A stretch of DNA of 62,871 nucleotides from an uncultured bacterium (GTDB taxonomy: Bacteria; Schekmanbacteria; GWA2-38-11; J061). The notes under the pieces were generated by a model. The model made no database searches. It saw only the letters and a list, made by a program, of their open reading frames with translations, and was not told the DNA's origin. The stretch lies in assembly GCA_964549305.1 (NCBI GenBank), contig CAZJVM010000006.1:10201-73071 (forward strand), read 5' to 3'. Positions 20,292 through 31,450 of this stretch are shown here, one piece after another. Positions within the stretch are counted from its first letter, which is position 1. Every line of letters begins with the position of its first letter. A program made the position numbers and the translations under genes.

Positions 20292-23200
20292 ATGAAGATA
20301 TCTGTTTCCATTATTGTCCTAAATGAAGCCAACTTCATTAACAATGCCATTTCCTCCTGCAGTTTTGCCGATGAAATAGTCATAGTCGACGGCGGAAGTG
20401 CTGACGGAACAATAGAAAAAATTAAATCCCTTAATGACGAAAGAATCAGAATTGTAGAATCGGTCTGGGAAAATGATTTTGGCAAACAGCGTCAAATCTC
20501 CCTTGAGCACTGCACGGGCGATTGGATAATAAGAATTGATGCCGATGAGGTTTTTTCTGAGGAATTTGAAAACAATATAAGGAATTACCTGCAAAAAACT
20601 ACAACCAATGCTGTAACAATCAGGCAATGCAATCTCGTCGGCAACACGTATTTCTATTCAAAAGCCCTTGATAACTTTGAATGGACACCAAGAATATTCA
20701 GGAATATTCCTGGCATAAAATGGAGGAAAAAAGTCCACGAAGAGATCACCGGAATCGATGGTTTATCAGCCCAATGGGATGTCTATGTTGTTCATTATGG
20801 TTTTCTAAACAAAGAGCGTTATGAGAGAAAAGGCGAATTTTACTCAAAAATTAAGGGAAGCGGTTTTAATAAAAAAGAAGACTTAATCTACAGGGATTAT
20901 AATATAAATCCGAGACCGGAAAGATCTTATGAAAACAAAAAATTAATTCCAAAACTTGAAAAATATTTCTCCTTACCCAAAAAAACAAAACCGTCAATTG
21001 CAATAATCAGGGGGCCTAATCTTAATGAATGGGAAATGAAAAATTATGAACCTCTCATGGAGAAATACGACATAACAGCTTACACTACTATAAACCATAA
21101 TTTTTCTCTGGATAATATAAAAATCCCCGTTAAGAAACTCCCGTCACATCCTGAATCGCCAATATACCTTTTAGGATTGGAGTATGAGCTTTTTGATAAA
21201 GATATAATTTTTACTGCAGATATAACGTGGCTTTTTTCTCTTCAAAGCGCAATTATAAAAAACAAGTTCAAAAATAATCTTGTAATCCTCGAATGGGAAA
21301 ATATCCCTCTTATATACGAAGATAACGAAAATATAAGCCGTAATAAAAAAACGGTAATCCGCTTTGCAGATTCTTTTGTTTCAGTAACAGAAAGGGCATC
21401 AGACGCGCTGAGAATTGAAGGCGCTGAAAATGAAAAGATTACAACTATCCCTATGGGGATAGACACGGAATTCTTCTGTCCCGATGAAGAAATCCGTAAA
21501 AACAAAAGAGGCGATTTGTCGCTGTCTCAAGATGATATTCTTGTACTCTTTGTGGGAAGATTTGTTTACGAAAAAGGCATATTCGATATTCCTCATGCCG
21601 CAAAACTTCTCATCGAAGACTTGCCCGAATTAAAAGGAAAACTTAAGTTTCTTATGGTCGGACGAGGACCGAAAAAAGAAAAACTGTTACAAATAATTAA
21701 AAAACTGTCTCTGGAAAATAATTTCATTATAAAAGACCATTCTTCATATGAAAGCATGAAGGCATATTATAACTGTGCCGATATTTTCATTCTTCCGAGT
21801 ATTCCAAAAGAACACTGGAAAGAACAGTTCGGAATGGCAATTGTTGAAGCAATGTCCTGCGGTGTTCCTGTAATATCAACTCTCTCAGGTTCAATTCCCG
21901 AAGTAGTAGGAGACGCAGGCATTCTCATCCAGCCAAATGACCCTCAAATGATCTCTGCAAACATCAAAAAACTGATACTTGAAAATTCATTAAGGGAACA
22001 GTTTTCCAAGCTCGGAAGAAAAAGGGCAACTGATAAATTCGATTGTAGAATAGTGGCAAATCAGTTTGACCGCCTTTTTGAAAATCTTCTTCTCGATTCA
22101 GGAAAACAATATATGGAACCTAAAACAGGCAACCCATCCAAAAATAAAAAAGATGAAATAGATATGGGATATTACAGCCAAAAACGCAGTGAAATATTAA
22201 GCCTTGTCCCTTCATCAGCTAAGACTATTCTTGATGTTGGATGCGGTTCAGGTGAAATGGGTTCAGAGTTGGAAAAATGCGGTAAACGTGTAACAGGAAT
22301 TGAAAAAGAGCCAACTGTTGCAGGTGTGGCAAAAAAAAGACTTTCAAAAGTATTAGAATCAGACATTTCTACAGTTACCAATGAAAAACTCGGCAACACC
22401 TTTGACTGCATAATATTCGGAGACGTTCTTGAACACCTGATTTATCCTGAAGAAACAATTTCAAAACTGAAAAAATCTTTAAATCCTAATGGATGCATCA
22501 TTGTCAGCATCCCCAATGTAAGAAACAATTCTATTATAGAAAGTCTTTCAAGAGGAAACTGGACATATCAGGATACAGGGATTTTAGATAGAACCCATCT
22601 TCGTTTTTTCACTCTCAATGAAATAAAACTCTTACTTCAAAGACAGGGATTTTCAATTGATTCCATAGTAAACAATATGATGAATGTCGATGAAATAAAA
22701 CGCCTTAATTACAATGCTGAAGGATATACCAGTCTGAAAAATGGAAATCTTACTTTTGAAAAACTTAAAGAAGCAGATGTAAAAGAACTTTTTACCATTC
22801 AGTTCATAATAAAAGCTTCCCTCATAAAAGAAAAATGTTCTGATTCAAAAGAAGACACCTCTCTCAATTTAAAAAAAATAAGAGAGCTTGAAGAAAAAGG
22901 GGTTTTTGACATAGCATTGCAGGAATATGAAAAAGCGCTTCAAGCTAACCCTTCCCATACGGATATACTGGAGGGAATAGCACGATGTCAGGCATATCTC
23001 GGAGATACCGATTCCGCTGAAGAAACATACAAAAAAATAGAAGCAATCAGCACATCACCGCACAGTTTCTTTAATATGGCGGAATTTTTTTTCAATAACA
23101 AGAAATTTGAAAAAGCACTGGAGCTTTTTTCAAAAGCCGGCGACAAAATATCGGAAAAGGGAAATAACGGGCTTGAGCTGAAAATCTTCACAGGAATTGG

Positions 23201-23786
23201 CGATTGTCTCGCAAATCTCAATAAAATTTCCGACAGCAAACACTATTACAATATTGCTCTGAAAACTGACCCCGGATGTGAAAAAGCAAATATAGGTATG
23301 GGAGTATTATACATCATAGAAGGTAAACACAAAGAAGCTGAGAGCTATTTCAAAAAAGTAATGATGAAAAATCCCACAAACACGAAAGCTCTTATCGGAT
23401 ACGGAATGACTCTGATTGAAGACAATAAAAGAGAGGAGGCGATGGAATACCTTTGCACCGCCCTTGATAATGACCCCGAAGATAAACAGGGAATTTCGCT
23501 TCTCATAAAAAGCGCTCTTGAGTCCGGGCAAAAAAGAATCGCTGTGAAATATCTGTTGAAATATCTATCTCTGCATCCTGGCGACCTGAATATGCTTTTC
23601 AGCCTGGGAGGAATCTATTTCTCAATGGAAAAATTGAAAGAATCAAAAGAGATAATGGAAAAAATAAAGATTTTTCAAAGCGATTTTGAAGGCGTTAACG
23701 ATTTACTTAAAAAAATAGAGGAACTCACGGCAAAGAAGGAAGATTTCAGAAAGGAAGACAGACCTGTATCGGCAACAGGTTATTAA
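20292..23786 (+). CDS. Multidomain GT2 + GT4 + class I SAM methyltransferase + TPR protein
   Basis: IVDGGSADGT/IDADE (GT2); EQFGMAIVEAMSCGVPV (GT4); ILDVGCGSG (MT); C-terminal TPRs; AAGGAG RBS before ATG 20292. Confidence 0.9.
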   Translation: MKISVSIIVLNEANFINNAISSCSFADEIVIVDGGSADGTIEKIKSLNDERIRIVESVWENDFGKQRQISLEHCTGDWIIRIDADEVFSEEFENNIRNYLQKTTTNAVTIRQCNLVGNTYFYSKALDNFEWTPRIFRNIPGIKWRKKVHEEITGIDGLSAQWDVYVVHYGFLNKERYERKGEFYSKIKGSGFNKKEDLIYRDYNINPRPERSYENKKLIPKLEKYFSLPKKTKPSIAIIRGPNLNEWEMKNYEPLMEKYDITAYTTINHNFSLDNIKIPVKKLPSHPESPIYLLGLEYELFDKDIIFTADITWLFSLQSAIIKNKFKNNLVILEWENIPLIYEDNENISRNKKTVIRFADSFVSVTERASDALRIEGAENEKITTIPMGIDTEFFCPDEEIRKNKRGDLSLSQDDILVLFVGRFVYEKGIFDIPHAAKLLIEDLPELKGKLKFLMVGRGPKKEKLLQIIKKLSLENNFIIKDHSSYESMKAYYNCADIFILPSIPKEHWKEQFGMAIVEAMSCGVPVISTLSGSIPEVVGDAGILIQPNDPQMISANIKKLILENSLREQFSKLGRKRATDKFDCRIVANQFDRLFENLLLDSGKQYMEPKTGNPSKNKKDEIDMGYYSQKRSEILSLVPSSAKTILDVGCGSGEMGSELEKCGKRVTGIEKEPTVAGVAKKRLSKVLESDISTVTNEKLGNTFDCIIFGDVLEHLIYPEETISKLKKSLNPNGCIIVSIPNVRNNSIIESLSRGNWTYQDTGILDRTHLRFFTLNEIKLLLQRQGFSIDSIVNNMMNVDEIKRLNYNAEGYTSLKNGNLTFEKLKEADVKELFTIQFIIKASLIKEKCSDSKEDTSLNLKKIRELEEKGVFDIALQEYEKALQANPSHTDILEGIARCQAYLGDTDSAEETYKKIEAISTSPHSFFNMAEFFFNNKKFEKALELFSKAGDKISEKGNNGLELKIFTGIGDCLANLNKISDSKHYYNIALKTDPGCEKANIGMGVLYIIEGKHKEAESYFKKVMMKNPTNTKALIGYGMTLIEDNKREEAMEYLCTALDNDPEDKQGISLLIKSALESGQKRIAVKYLLKYLSLHPGDLNMLFSLGGIYFSMEKLKESKEIMEKIKIFQSDFEGVNDLLKKIEELTAKKEDFRKEDRPVSATGY

Positions 23787-23798
23787 TAACAATAAGTT

Positions 23799-25370
23799 AT
23801 GGAAAAAGAAAAAATAGCTCTGATTCAGATTGCAAGAATGGGTGATTTACTGCAATGCGTACCTTTGATAAACGCCCTTGGTGAAACATATCAAATCACC
23901 CTTGTTGCAGACAAAAATATAAGGGAAGTTGCGAGCCTGATGCCCGCAATAGATGAATTTTTGCCCATAGACATAAAATCCCTTTCACAGATAGCATCCA
24001 CTGATGAAATTTCCCTTTCTGAAAAATATTTGATTTTAAAAAACTGTTTTTCGGACTTTTCCGGTTTTTCATTTTCAAAAGTAATAAACCTCAACTATTC
24101 GTCACTTTCCTGCATTATTGCGGACCTGATAACAGACGGGGAAAAAACCGGATTTCACTATTCTCCTAATTCCAGAACAATTACCGGCAATACCTGGATA
24201 AAATATCTTCTCACCTCAACGGCAATGAGAAGATATAACAGAATAAACCTTGCCGATATATTTCACTACTGCGCGGGAAGCGTTATATCCCAGGATATGC
24301 CAAAAAGATCGATTATCGGTTTATCGCAACGGCAAAAGGACTCAAAACCGTTAATCGCCATACAAACCGGCGCCGGAAACAAAAAAAGATTGTGGCCATC
24401 ACGCTATTTTGCCGCTTTGTGCAAAATGTTAATAAACGAATACAATGCCAAGATAATATTAACTGGAAACGTTAAAGAACGGGAAAGAGCGGAAAATATA
24501 AGAAAACTCGCCGGTTCAAACAATATAGAAAATTTAGCAGGTAAAACGAATATAAGCGACTTAGCCGATTATCTGCAAAAATGCAGACTGCTTATAACTT
24601 GCGATACGGGTACAATGCATCTTGCCGCATCGCTCAATACACCTGTTTTGGCATTATTCTTTGGTCCGGCATACTGTTTTGAAACAGGACCTTTCACGGA
24701 AAATAATTATATTATTCAATCTTATGAATCCTGTTCCCCCTGCATGGAGTCTGCACCATGTAAAGATAGAAAGTGTGTAAATTCGATTTCGCCGGAAATT
24801 GTTTTCAAAACCGCAGACGCCATACTGAAGAATAAGCCCCGTTTTGATTGTCGAAACGAAACATTTCAAAAACTCGCAATTTACAAAACAACCGTAGATT
24901 CGTTCGGAATCACTTACAAACCTGTTACAAATGAACCCGCACGTTATGAAGACCAACTAACCGATGCCCTGCGATATACATGGTTTAACATTATGGACTG
25001 CGTTGATTCTGAAAACCGTTTATTATTGAAAATTCGGGGATTAAACCTGAATATAAAAAATGAAATGTTCAGGGATGCAGTCAAGGAACTTTCATATCTG
25101 ATTGCCGCAAGAAAAAAAGTTATTTTATCCCTTTTGCCCGCAAAAACAGAACATTTTGAAATATCCCATATAGACAAGCGAATAGACTCTCTTGGTGAAT
25201 TTTATCCGATACGGCACTTTATCAGTTTTTTCCGCACCGGTATTGAATATTCCCGTTCAGAAGTGGATTACAAAAAGATGATCTTATTTCACGATAGCAT
25301 TGTTAAAGGCCTGCAAAAAGTTTCTTACAACCCGCAAATATATGAAGAGGAGCATTATGGAGTTATTTAG
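23799..25370 (+). CDS. GT9 (heptosyltransferase-like) glycosyltransferase
   Basis: ARMGDLLQ, KRLWP, ITCDTGTMHLAA, ETGP. Confidence 0.88.
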   Translation: MEKEKIALIQIARMGDLLQCVPLINALGETYQITLVADKNIREVASLMPAIDEFLPIDIKSLSQIASTDEISLSEKYLILKNCFSDFSGFSFSKVINLNYSSLSCIIADLITDGEKTGFHYSPNSRTITGNTWIKYLLTSTAMRRYNRINLADIFHYCAGSVISQDMPKRSIIGLSQRQKDSKPLIAIQTGAGNKKRLWPSRYFAALCKMLINEYNAKIILTGNVKERERAENIRKLAGSNNIENLAGKTNISDLADYLQKCRLLITCDTGTMHLAASLNTPVLALFFGPAYCFETGPFTENNYIIQSYESCSPCMESAPCKDRKCVNSISPEIVFKTADAILKNKPRFDCRNETFQKLAIYKTTVDSFGITYKPVTNEPARYEDQLTDALRYTWFNIMDCVDSENRLLLKIRGLNLNIKNEMFRDAVKELSYLIAARKKVILSLLPAKTEHFEISHIDKRIDSLGEFYPIRHFISFFRTGIEYSRSEVDYKKMILFHDSIVKGLQKVSYNPQIYEEEHYGVI

Positions 25371-27168
25371 AAAAAATATAGACGCAGTGGAGATACATTC
25401 GCCTCATATTGCGCAGAAAATAAAAGAAACGGAGGCAGTAAGCGACTGTGAAGTAATAAGTTCAAAAAAAGGACTGTTGTCACTTAAAATAAAGGGATGT
25501 CTTTATCACAGTGTCTATGACCCCTCTTATGAAGCAAAATCACTGGTTGACAAATTCCTTAAGGAAAATGATGCCGGGACATTTTCCTCTTTGGTAATAA
25601 TGGGGATGGGAATCGGATATCATATTGAAGAATTCCTTAAAGCAGGCATTGAAAACATTGTAGTGATAGAAAAAGATTGCCAAACCATAAAAGCAATATT
25701 TGAAAAATGCGATATTTCTCACATTCTCGACAAAATAAAACTTTTCACCTTTGATTCGCAAAACAATGACGCCTTAATAGAGGAGCTTAAAAGCATTTGT
25801 GGAAACAATCCGCTGATATACATCTATCCTCCTGCCAATAAAATCCTTCGAAAGGAAGATTATGAAGCTATTGTAAGCGGACTGACACCTTTTGAATATG
25901 AGGATTTCAGAGGGTTAAAGGTAATGGTAACCTACCCTCTCTACGGCGGTTCCTATCCCATAGCAGAATTTACAAGCAGGGCTTTCGAAAAAATCGGATG
26001 CAGGGTTGAGCGTTTTGATATGAGCGAATTTTATCCCCTTTTTAAAAAAATCGAATTATCAACGGACAATTCAAACAACCTGATAAAGCTTAAAGGGCTT
26101 TTTCTTTCGATGATAGAAGAAATGTTCGTTGCGCGCGTAGTCGATACTCGTCCCGGAATGATCTTTTCCCTCGCGCAAACCCCCATCGGTGCATCTGTCA
26201 TAAACAGAATAAAGCCACTGAATATCCCTCTTTGTTATTGGTTTGTAGAAGATTTTCGCCTGTTGGACTACTGGAAAAATATTGCATCTGCCTACGATTA
26301 TTTCTTTACCATTCAAAAAGGAGATTTCTACAATGAACTTACCAGATACGGAATAAAAAATTATCACTATCTTCCAACTGCCTGCGACCCGCAGATACAT
26401 AAACCTCTCCAGATTTCAGAAGAAGAGCTTGCGGAATTCAAATCCGATATCTCATTTATGGGAGCAGGTTACTATAACAGGCGTATTTTCTTCAAAAAGC
26501 TCGCTAACTATGATTTTAAAATCTGGGGAACCGAATGGCCTCTTGAAGACCACTATTACAAAAAATTGGTTCAGAGAGAAGGAAAGAGAATATCCACTGA
26601 AGATACCGTTAAAATTTACAATGCTTCAGCCGTAAATATCAACCTTCATTCATCAACTTATCATTCTTCGGTAAATCCCAACGGAGATTTCGTAAATCCG
26701 AGATTGTTCGAAATTCCCGCCTGCGGAGGTTTTCAAATAGCGGATTACAGACAGCCGATAGATGAGTTATTTACTAAAGGCGAAGAAATAGAATGCTTTA
26801 AAGACATAGGGGACCTCAGAAACAAAATCAATTTCTATCTCGATCACCCCGATGAAAGAAAAACACTTATTGACAATGCCAGAAAGAGAGTCCTGCGCGA
26901 CCATACATATGAAAAGAGAATGTGCGAAGTGTTGAAAATAGTTGCCACAGGTAAGAATGTTAAGCTTGAAAAGCCATCTGCAGATATAAATTCCTTTAAC
27001 AATCTTATGAATCATCCTTCTGCAGATGAGGAGTTTAAAAAATATATATCAAAATTCGAGGGTAACGACAAAGTGTCAATAAAGGATATCGCCGAAGAGA
27101 TAAGAAAGGCAGACGGAGACCTTACACAAACGGAAAAGATTTTTTTAATGATGAGCGAATTTGCGTAA
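25357..27168 (+). CDS. Maf-like N-domain + CgeB-family glycosyltransferase
   Basis: HSVYDP/GMGIGYH; LPTACDP, NPRLFEIPACGGFQ, HTYEKR; GAGGAG RBS. Confidence 0.82.
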   Translation: MELFRKNIDAVEIHSPHIAQKIKETEAVSDCEVISSKKGLLSLKIKGCLYHSVYDPSYEAKSLVDKFLKENDAGTFSSLVIMGMGIGYHIEEFLKAGIENIVVIEKDCQTIKAIFEKCDISHILDKIKLFTFDSQNNDALIEELKSICGNNPLIYIYPPANKILRKEDYEAIVSGLTPFEYEDFRGLKVMVTYPLYGGSYPIAEFTSRAFEKIGCRVERFDMSEFYPLFKKIELSTDNSNNLIKLKGLFLSMIEEMFVARVVDTRPGMIFSLAQTPIGASVINRIKPLNIPLCYWFVEDFRLLDYWKNIASAYDYFFTIQKGDFYNELTRYGIKNYHYLPTACDPQIHKPLQISEEELAEFKSDISFMGAGYYNRRIFFKKLANYDFKIWGTEWPLEDHYYKKLVQREGKRISTEDTVKIYNASAVNINLHSSTYHSSVNPNGDFVNPRLFEIPACGGFQIADYRQPIDELFTKGEEIECFKDIGDLRNKINFYLDHPDERKTLIDNARKRVLRDHTYEKRMCEVLKIVATGKNVKLEKPSADINSFNNLMNHPSADEEFKKYISKFEGNDKVSIKDIAEEIRKADGDLTQTEKIFLMMSEFA

Positions 27169-27174
27169 AAAATT

Positions 27175-28884
27175 ATGAAAATACTCGTAATAAACCTTAC
27201 AAGAATGGGAGACCTCCTGCAGTCAACTCCCCTGCTCAAAGGGTTGAAGGAAAAATACCCGGGATGCGAGATAACTCTGATGGCCAATTCCAAATTCGCG
27301 CCGATTTGCGAAAGAATTCCCTTTGTTGACCATCTATACAAATTCGATACAGAAAGCATCGCAAAGGCAATAACGGAAGAAAGTGAGATTCTGTTTGATG
27401 TCTTCAAACGCCTTGAAGAAATCATAACATCTCTAAATTCGGCACATTATGAAAAAGTAATCAATCTCACTCATTCAAAAATGAGCGCCTTTTTAACCTC
27501 GCTTCTTAACTGCAAAGATAAAAACGGAATCACTATTGATTCCAAAGGTTTCAGAGTAATTAAAAACGACTGGATGGTATATTTCTTTAATGCCGCCATT
27601 AACAGAAATTTCAACCCCTTTAATCTTGTAGATATGTATCTGCTCACTGAAGGAATTAAAAATCGGGACCATTCTCTAATAATTGAAAAACGGGATGAAG
27701 ATATTTACTGCGCCACTGAATTCTACAACTCAAACAATGTTAATGAAAATGATATTCTTATAGGGTTTCAACCGGGGGCAAGCAAATCCCATAAACAATG
27801 GCCAATAGAATATTTCGCGAAACTCGCTTCGATTTTAAGCAAAAAGCAAAATGTCAGGATTGTCGTCTTCGGCACCTCATCTGAAACTCCGTTAGCCCGA
27901 AAAATAGCAGAACTCTCAGGGAAAAATATTATAGATGCCACCGGAAAAACAACTATGCAGAATCTGGCCGCATTCATAGCAAAATGCTCGATACTGGTAA
28001 CAAACGATACCGGCACTATGCACATAGCAACGGCGGCAGGCGTCCCTGTAATAGAACTATCACTTGGGCCGGTTAACTTTATTGAAACCGGGCCTTACGG
28101 AAGAAACAACATAGTTATTCAGACAACGGCCGAATGCGCCCCCTGCAGTTTCTCCGTTTCCTGTAAAAATGAAATATGCAAAAAAACCATTCAACCGGAA
28201 GATGTTGTATTGTCGCTGGAGGTCTTGCTTGGTGAAAAAAATATATGCGAATTAAAACATAGGGAATATTTTAAAAACTCAAATGTCTTTCTTACGGTTT
28301 TCGATGACGATGGCTTTTTGGACTCTATCTCTCCAAAAAAAATCACACTTACAAAAACCGCTTTCTGGCGTGAAATATACAGAACATTCTGGAAGAAGAT
28401 CTATAACAATATTCTTAACGAAAATACAAAAAGCGCGAGTGTACTATCATTTTTCGAAAAATACTCCCCTCCTTCAGATAACTCCATAGTGAAAAACGCT
28501 TTAAATGTGGCAAACGACATGGGAAAAATCGAAACGCTGTCGGAAGAAGGCGAGGACATTGTAAAACAAATCATTAATTCCTTAAGCGCGGAAAAAATAG
28601 TTAACACTCAAAGCATAGGGGAAAAAGCAAAAAAAATAACCGCCATCGATGAAGAGATTTATTTTTTATCGGGAATAACGGAAGAACTTCTTCCCATCTG
28701 CGATATTTACAGAATGAAAAGGGAAAGTATAGACAGTGAGGATGTAAAGGCAGTCTCCTGGAAGTGCCTGAGTTTGTTTCGTGAACTTAGAAATAACTGC
28801 ATTACAATGAAAAATCTCCTCAGGGAAGCAGTAAATTCGGATTTCTTCGATGATAAAAAAACTCAAATACAAACTTCCACATAA
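27175..28884 (+). CDS. GT9 glycosyltransferase (second copy)
   Basis: TRMGDLLQ, QPGAS...KQWP, VTNDTGTMHIA, ETGPYG. Confidence 0.88.
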   Translation: MKILVINLTRMGDLLQSTPLLKGLKEKYPGCEITLMANSKFAPICERIPFVDHLYKFDTESIAKAITEESEILFDVFKRLEEIITSLNSAHYEKVINLTHSKMSAFLTSLLNCKDKNGITIDSKGFRVIKNDWMVYFFNAAINRNFNPFNLVDMYLLTEGIKNRDHSLIIEKRDEDIYCATEFYNSNNVNENDILIGFQPGASKSHKQWPIEYFAKLASILSKKQNVRIVVFGTSSETPLARKIAELSGKNIIDATGKTTMQNLAAFIAKCSILVTNDTGTMHIATAAGVPVIELSLGPVNFIETGPYGRNNIVIQTTAECAPCSFSVSCKNEICKKTIQPEDVVLSLEVLLGEKNICELKHREYFKNSNVFLTVFDDDGFLDSISPKKITLTKTAFWREIYRTFWKKIYNNILNENTKSASVLSFFEKYSPPSDNSIVKNALNVANDMGKIETLSEEGEDIVKQIINSLSAEKIVNTQSIGEKAKKITAIDEEIYFLSGITEELLPICDIYRMKRESIDSEDVKAVSWKCLSLFRELRNNCITMKNLLREAVNSDFFDDKKTQIQTST

Positions 28885-28892
28885 ATACCGGT

Positions 28893-30740
28893 ATGAACGA
28901 TTACTTTGAAAATAACGAAATGATTTTAAAAGAGCGTTTTCCTCATATAGCGCAAAAACTTTTGTCGCCGGCAAAAAATCTACGCTCCGGAAATATAGCG
29001 CGTTCGAAAATAGTCAAATCGCGAAAAGGTTCGGACATTATCTCTGTCACCTCCCAAAAAGGAGAGAAAATTAATCTTTCGAGCGTTTATGACCCTGAAA
29101 AAGAGGCAGAAAGCGTTTCAGAAAAAATTTTTGAGCAATCCAATGACGGAATAATCGTAATCCTGGGCGCAGGTTCAGGTTATATCCTGAATGAATTGGC
29201 AAATAAAGCGGAGGAAGGAAGAACAGTTATTTGGATTGAATACAGCGCGGAGATATTAAGAAAAATACTTTCAATCCATAATCTTGCCAAAGTTCTAAAA
29301 AATGACTTTTTCCATTTGATTCTTTCCGACAATCCTTCCGAAGCAGTCAACGCAATAATGTCCGTGAGAATGCGAAATGGCTTTAAAGACATAGAAGTTA
29401 TATCCAATCCTTCATTAAAAAAATTCAACAAAAACTTCTATGAAAAAATAGAAACATCCCTTGCCCAAATCAAAAAATCACCAATCAAAAAAATTATCGA
29501 CTATAAAAAATTTTCCCACGAAAAACTCAGAATTCTTGTCTTTAACTCTTCCTACTTCACTGTCAGGGAGTGTATTAAGGCGTTCAGAAATCTCGGAAAC
29601 ATAGTCAGAGTATTAAATTTCAAAGAAAAAAAAGATTTTATTTCCGGGCTTGTAAATGAAATTCTCGATTTCAAGCCGGATTTCATCTTTACTGTCAATC
29701 ATCTGGGATTTGACGAAGATGGAAAACTGTCGTCTCTTCTTACATCTATGAACATTCCCTTTGCTGTCTGGTATGTTGACTCACCCTTCTATGCCCTTAA
29801 AGAAAACAATACAAATACCTCCGAATTCTGCAAAATATTTATGTGGGACAAAACCTACATATCTTCTATGCAAAGGCGCGGATTTGATAAAATCAGTTAT
29901 CTTCCCCTTGCGGCAGACACAGAAACTTTCAAGCCCGTACGTTTCTCGCAAAATTACGCGAAATATAAATCCTCAGCTTCATTCGTGGGAAACTCAATGT
30001 TTGGCGCAGTCAACAAATGGGAAAAGAAGATAAAAAATATTTCTCTCATTAAAAGCTTTGAAGAAGAAATAATAGAGAAACAACTACAAGATCATACCCT
30101 TCCCATAGAAAAGATACTAATAGTGAAACTTCAGGACATTATGCCTGATTTAAAGCCCGAAACAACCCAGTTTATAGATATATGCGCATATATCACATGG
30201 AAAACGACAATGAGATACAGGCACAATGTGGTCAAAGCAGTAATCGATTCAGGTGGTATCGTCTACGGCGATGACGACTGGACAAAAGTCATAGATAACT
30301 CACACATCAGAAAAAGCGTGGATTACTACAGTCATTTACCTCTTGTATATAATTTTACGGACATAAACCTTAACTGCACGAGTTTTCAAATGAATTCGAC
30401 GGTAAACCAGAGGGTTTTTGATTGCGCGGCATCAAACGCTTTTTTAATAACCGATAATCAACCCGACCTTTTTGAACTTTTCAAAGAGGATGAATTTGTA
30501 AGCTATGAAAAACCCGAAGAAATAAAATCTATGATTAATTTCTACCTTAACAATGAAAAAGAAAGGAGAAAAATTTCTTTTAAGGCATATAACCGCGTCA
30601 TAAACCAACATACTTACGAGATAAGAATGACCAACCTTATTTCTGAAATGAAAAAAGATTTTGGAAGAAAAGTTAGTTTCAGTTTTGGAAATAATAAAAC
30701 AAACGGAGGACAAAAACATGTCTGCATCACAAACCTGTAA
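28893..30740 (+). CDS. Maf-like N-domain + CgeB-family glycosyltransferase (second copy)
   Basis: SVYDPEKEA/LGAGSGY; WYVDSP, LPLAAD, VNQRVFD, HTYEIR. Confidence 0.82.
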   Translation: MNDYFENNEMILKERFPHIAQKLLSPAKNLRSGNIARSKIVKSRKGSDIISVTSQKGEKINLSSVYDPEKEAESVSEKIFEQSNDGIIVILGAGSGYILNELANKAEEGRTVIWIEYSAEILRKILSIHNLAKVLKNDFFHLILSDNPSEAVNAIMSVRMRNGFKDIEVISNPSLKKFNKNFYEKIETSLAQIKKSPIKKIIDYKKFSHEKLRILVFNSSYFTVRECIKAFRNLGNIVRVLNFKEKKDFISGLVNEILDFKPDFIFTVNHLGFDEDGKLSSLLTSMNIPFAVWYVDSPFYALKENNTNTSEFCKIFMWDKTYISSMQRRGFDKISYLPLAADTETFKPVRFSQNYAKYKSSASFVGNSMFGAVNKWEKKIKNISLIKSFEEEIIEKQLQDHTLPIEKILIVKLQDIMPDLKPETTQFIDICAYITWKTTMRYRHNVVKAVIDSGGIVYGDDDWTKVIDNSHIRKSVDYYSHLPLVYNFTDINLNCTSFQMNSTVNQRVFDCAASNAFLITDNQPDLFELFKEDEFVSYEKPEEIKSMINFYLNNEKERRKISFKAYNRVINQHTYEIRMTNLISEMKKDFGRKVSFSFGNNKTNGGQKHVCITNL

Positions 30741-31158
30741 CAATGATTTTACAGTAAACCAAGAAGAAGTTTATGAGCTTGCGCATCAGGCAATCGCCAC
30801 TGCAGAGGAATTCTGTTTTGAATCTCAGGACAGAATAACAAATATTGCGGGAAATTTCAGAATGGGCAACACGGAAGAGGCCTGCAATGAATTCGGAACA
30901 TTAATAGACGACCTTCAACTTATCACCGAATTGCTGAATGACTTAAAAATTTTAATCGATTCAGGAGATAAAGACCTGAGCGCCATTAAGGCAGAAATCG
31001 AACGAGAAGAAAAAAACTTTTTCACTACGGCAACCGAACTTCTCGAGGCGCAGGAAAAGGAAGACTGGATTCTGATTGCCGACCTTCTTGAATTCGAACT
31101 CAATCCTTTCATATCGTCGCTTGACAGCACACTTAAAAACACAAGAAATAGCATATAA
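30718..31158 (+). CDS. Helical protein typical of flagellin-glycosylation loci
   Basis: DWILIADLLEFEL motif; GGAGGA RBS before ATG 30718. Confidence 0.65.
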   Translation: MSASQTCNNDFTVNQEEVYELAHQAIATAEEFCFESQDRITNIAGNFRMGNTEEACNEFGTLIDDLQLITELLNDLKILIDSGDKDLSAIKAEIEREEKNFFTTATELLEAQEKEDWILIADLLEFELNPFISSLDSTLKNTRNSI

Positions 31159-31200
31159 AATCGTTATCGCACAGATTTTTTCAAGAGATACAAACTGTTA

Positions 31201-31231
31201 AGGGAGGGCATCTCCGGAAGTTGCCCTCCCT
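31201..31231. terminator. GC-rich hairpin ending first glycosylation operon
   Basis: AGGGAGGGCA...TGCCCTCCCT 10-bp perfect stem. Confidence 0.55.
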
Positions 31232-31450
31232 GCTATAACTGAAAATACTCTTCCGTTGAAAAAATTTTCTGCCTTTTCTCTTACACTAAAACCTCCAGTC
31301 AACTTTAAACAGCAAACTTTACCCCTTAAAGGCAATTTTTTCCGCTCAAAGCAGAAATTCACATAAAGAGCGCAAATCCTTAAATTGTAAATAGCCCTAT
31401 ATATCAAAGTGTTACCGCCTATTACTTTTTTTAATTTTTTCTCATAATTA

